Virus record (IMG/VR): IMGVR_UViG_3300030606_000015
Span: 1-46,238 of that record
Origin: a virus
Lineage: Duplodnaviria > Caudoviricetes
DNA: 46,238 bases
Reading direction: 5' to 3' (one strand)
Below, piece by piece: positions 43,827 through 46,238 of the stretch; within the stretch, counting starts at the first letter, position 1; every line of letters begins with the position of its first letter. The position numbers and the translations under genes are program-made. Under the pieces are notes generated by a model. The model was given only the letters and a program-made list of their open reading frames with translations. It had not been told where the DNA came from and ran no database searches.

Positions 43827-45488
43827 CTAATCAAACAGCCGCTGCTGCTGGGGCCCTTCTTCCTTCACCCGTTGGGCCTGCTTGAAAGTCATCCCTGTGG
43901 GCGGCATTTGCGGCGCTACCCCCTTCAGCAGCTCGTCAATCGTAAGTATCTGGATTTTGGGGAAACGCTGGTTCCAGCCAGGCGATTCGTAAAATCCAGC
44001 GGAAACGGCCTCGGTGGTCATGTCGCGGGTTGGGGCCTCCAGAGTAAGAAAGAAGCCCATTGCGGCCGATTCCCGTTTCACGGTGCCCACCAGATCGCGG
44101 ATGTCGCGGCTGCTCACCTTGCCGCTCTTCACCTGGACCAGAATCCGTTTAGGCTTGCCGGTCGCATCGTCGATGAAGGTGACGACACCATCGATGCCGC
44201 GGTCTGCACCCTTCTTGCCCTGCTTGCTGCCCTGCTCGCCGCCGGACGGCCGGGCCTTAACCAGTGACAGCGCCCACCACTCGAACTGAAAGCGGTCATC
44301 CTGGGCCAGCTGCCTGGCCGACTGGAGCGATTGCGGCTCGCCCACGATCTGGAATTGGGCATCGGGAAACATTTGCTGAAGGCGGTACTTCATCAGGGCA
44401 ATGGACAGATGGGTGATGTCAATGCCAATCCAGCGCCGGTTTAGCTTCTGCGCGGCCGCCACGGTGGTGCCGCAGCCACAGAAGGGATCGAGGATGACGT
44501 CGCCGGGGTTGGAGCTGGCTTTGATGATTCGTTCAAGAAGCTCAAGGGGTTTTTGCGTAGGGTAGCCGAGCCGTTCGGTTGCTTGTGAGTTGATAGGGGA
44601 TATGTCCAGCCATAAGTTATCAACAATGCGCCCAGACATCTCGCTCAGGTACCTCTTTAGTTGGATTCTCTTGCTCTTACTGTCTGGGTACCAAATTCTC
44701 CCGTCTTCGTCCAGTTTTTGCATTGTTTCTTTGGAGTAACGCCATCCCTTTGGGGGTGACTCATGGCCTTTCCAACTATACATCAGGTTCGGCCTGGGAT
44801 TCGGGCTTGTCATATTGTCCAATCTGTATGGGCCGCGCCCGTCGTCATCATTGTGGCGATACTTTGTGGCGACATACTCAACATCGTGGGCGGTGTGTTG
44901 AGGGTTCCAGGTAGAACTATTGGTTTTTGAGTAGAAGAGGATTGTGTCTGTAACCGGAGACCATCTTCTGGCGTCGCTGTGCGTTGTTGTCCGCTTCCAA
45001 ACAATCTCGTTAATAAATTGTTCGGGCCCAAAAATCGAGTCCAAAATAATCTTCAAGTAATGACTGGCCGTCGGGTCGCAATGTAGGTAGAGGCTGCCGG
45101 TGGGTTTCAGTACGCGGTGCAGCTCTACCAGCCGGGCCGCCATCATAACCAGGTAGGCAAGCATCTGGCTGGGGCCAATGAACTGCCGTAGGGCGGCGAT
45201 CATCTGGCTCACCCGGTCCGGAGCGGCCGTTACCAGGCTGTGGTAGGTCTCTTCGGCCGATGCATTCCAATGCCAGGTGTCGTCGAAAGCGGTAATCTGG
45301 GCCTCGGATTCTGCGCCGCTTTCGTACTTAAACAGCACGTTGTAGGTGCGCTGGGAGTTGAACGGCGGATCCAGGTAGATGAGATCGACGGATTCGCCCG
45401 GGATGTATTCACGAAGAATTTCCAGGTTATCACCGTAGAAAAGGGTGTTTAGATCAAGCGGTGATTTTGCCATCTGCTCTGTCTCCAT
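43827..45488 (-). CDS. N4/N6 DNA methyltransferase fused to an Mrr-like PD-(D/E)XK endonuclease domain
   Basis: [33 protein letters not shown]; C-terminal DRGIDG…VQVKSG. Confidence 0.9.
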   Translation of the reverse strand: METEQMAKSPLDLNTLFYGDNLEILREYIPGESVDLIYLDPPFNSQRTYNVLFKYESGAESEAQITAFDDTWHWNASAEETYHSLVTAAPDRVSQMIAALRQFIGPSQMLAYLVMMAARLVELHRVLKPTGSLYLHCDPTASHYLKIILDSIFGPEQFINEIVWKRTTTHSDARRWSPVTDTILFYSKTNSSTWNPQHTAHDVEYVATKYRHNDDDGRGPYRLDNMTSPNPRPNLMYSWKGHESPPKGWRYSKETMQKLDEDGRIWYPDSKSKRIQLKRYLSEMSGRIVDNLWLDISPINSQATERLGYPTQKPLELLERIIKASSNPGDVILDPFCGCGTTVAAAQKLNRRWIGIDITHLSIALMKYRLQQMFPDAQFQIVGEPQSLQSARQLAQDDRFQFEWWALSLVKARPSGGEQGSKQGKKGADRGIDGVVTFIDDATGKPKRILVQVKSGKVSSRDIRDLVGTVKRESAAMGFFLTLEAPTRDMTTEAVSAGFYESPGWNQRFPKIQILTIDELLKGVAPQMPPTGMTFKQAQRVKEEGPQQQRLFD

Positions 45489-45516
45489 TGGCCAATGGTA
45501 AAACGGCCGTTACAAA

Positions 45517-46071
45517 TCAACAACTCGCCTGCACCCCGCCGCCGCCATAGCTGCATGAATCCACCAGCGTGCCCCCGTTGCGCAGGAAGGCCGTATCGCC
45601 GGTGTTGGTCCACACGGCCAGGGCCTGGCCCCAATACAGGTTGCTGGCGTTGCTGGCCCCGCCTTTCGTCCAGACCAGCACGGCCGCACCTGGGGCCAGG
45701 CTGAAGCTGGGGAAGGTGTAGACACGGCCGTCGTTGTCGCTTAACGTCCAGCCGGTCATGACGGCCGCTGTGCCGCCTTTGTTCTCGATGCGGACGTATT
45801 CACCGGCGACGTCGTCACCGGCGGGGTTGTAGACAATGAGGGTGATTTGCACGTTGGCCGGGGGTGTTGTGGCAGTGGGGGCGACGGTGGCTGTTGGCGT
45901 GGCGGTGGGCAATGCGGGCTTGAGGACCAGCGGCAAATAGTTGAACACATCGGGTGTGACGTCGCCGGCAACGGCCGTTTGCGGAGTGGGGTTGGATGAA
46001 ATGGTGAGAATAAATACTGACACAAGCCCTAAGGTGAAGGCGGTGGCAATTCCTGACTTTTTGATCTGCAT
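45517..46071 (-). CDS. Secreted lamin-tail-domain (LTD) protein
   Basis: Signal peptide, NYLPLVLK, PTATPT linker, EYVRIEN…MTGWTLSD…YTFP…VWTNTGD; CAGGAGG RBS. Confidence 0.85.
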   Translation of the reverse strand: MQIKKSGIATAFTLGLVSVFILTISSNPTPQTAVAGDVTPDVFNYLPLVLKPALPTATPTATVAPTATTPPANVQITLIVYNPAGDDVAGEYVRIENKGGTAAVMTGWTLSDNDGRVYTFPSFSLAPGAAVLVWTKGGASNASNLYWGQALAVWTNTGDTAFLRNGGTLVDSCSYGGGGVQASC

Positions 46072-46121
46072 AAGATTTTCCTCCTGACTCTTGGTGAAGC
46101 GCGACTATCTGAATCTGATCC

Positions 46122-46150
46122 TTGACGGAGTTATATAACTGTTATATTAT
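46122..46150 (+). promoter_or_regulatory. Rightward sigma70 promoter with tandem GTTATATAAC operators
   Basis: TTGACG-17bp-TATTAT; perfect palindrome 46130-46139 plus a variant at 46141-46150. Confidence 0.75.
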
Positions 46151-46192
46151 TGTCGTATGACTGTTCTTAATATTTCACTTCGGGAGGTTGAC

Positions 46193-46238
46193 ATGAGCCT
46201 TGTTCGCTCTAAGCAATCGCTCGACCTCATCCAAACTG
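46193..46238 (+). CDS. 5' end of a gene cut by the window edge (MSLVRSKQSLDLIQT…), possibly a cro-like regulator
   Basis: GGGAGG RBS with ATG downstream of the promoter; function guessed from position only. Confidence 0.45.
   Translation, partial: MSLVRSKQSLDLIQT

Larger units (their letters stand above)
755..45978. repeat. Dispersed highly iterated palindrome ACGGCCGT (often extended to AACGGCCGTT), about 105 perfect copies by manual count
   Basis: Examples at 755, 840, 1196, 2289, 3515, 3530, 6271, 6285, 8413, 11305, 11322, 28774, 28813, 35145, 35172, 40439, 40468, 45971; proteins are full of TAV, NGR and RP peptides. Confidence 0.95.
1..46238. mobile_element. Temperate siphovirus-like phage/prophage (incomplete; no integrase, repressor or replication gene recognised), probable Chloroflexota host
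   Basis: Terminase-portal-scaffold-capsid-neck-tail tube-chaperone-tape measure-tail tip-holin-endolysin synteny on the - strand; many short, tightly overlapping early genes with AAGGAG RBS; no tail sheath gene seen. Confidence 0.93.

Noticed and set aside
755-45978. ACGGCCGT repeats as a CRISPR array or iteron origin
   Set aside because: Only 8-10 bp, irregularly spaced and mostly inside coding sequence; no repeat-spacer periodicity and no cas genes.
46193-46238. Direct circularisation of the window end onto its start
   Set aside because: No terminal overlap. Joining gives only a 29-aa ORF that is out of frame with the truncated gene ending at 52, so sequence is missing.
1-46238. tRNA/rRNA genes or an alternative genetic code
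   Set aside because: No cloverleaf or rRNA-like sequence noticed in the short intergenic gaps; all three stop codons terminate well-packed genes under code 11.

Overview
The window is almost entirely one temperate siphovirus-like (pro)phage. The host is probably a Chloroflexota (Anaerolineae/Ardenticatenales-like) bacterium; this is inferred from a YLPLVLK motif, PT-rich linkers and an EAD7-like domain. Layout: (1) 1-12.6 kb, rightward early/accessory genes, including membrane proteins, a ParM-like actin with a small adaptor, a DEDDh exonuclease, an ASCH protein, a HerA/DUF87-like ATPase and an NDT-like Rossmann protein. (2) 12.7-39.1 kb, a leftward late operon: ParB-MTase, terminase, portal, scaffold, capsid, neck/tail genes with the classic tail-chaperone -1 frameshift, tape measure, tail tip/fibre, LamG and pectate-lyase-like proteins, holin and a large multidomain endolysin. 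(3) 39.3-42.8 kb, leftward early genes. (4) 42.9-46.1 kb, a cargo cassette (lamin-tail protein, MTase-Mrr fusion, DUF5678-like protein, aspartyl protease-SEC-C) bracketed by two divergent sigma70 promoters that share a GTTATATAAC operator. No integrase, repressor or replicase is recognisable, and both ends appear to cut through genes. The most striking signal is the palindromic octamer ACGGCCGT. I counted about 105 perfect copies by eye, where roughly 1-2 are expected, in all reading frames and in terminator stems. It looks like a HIP1-like highly iterated palindrome outside cyanobacteria. Other highlights: a frameshift-hidden EAD7-like domain in the lysis module (possible decoy of host conflict systems), a membrane-protein/ParM/ATPase module, and a 24-bp in-frame mini-insertion with flanking direct repeats. 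All family assignments are from motif recognition by eye, not database searches.
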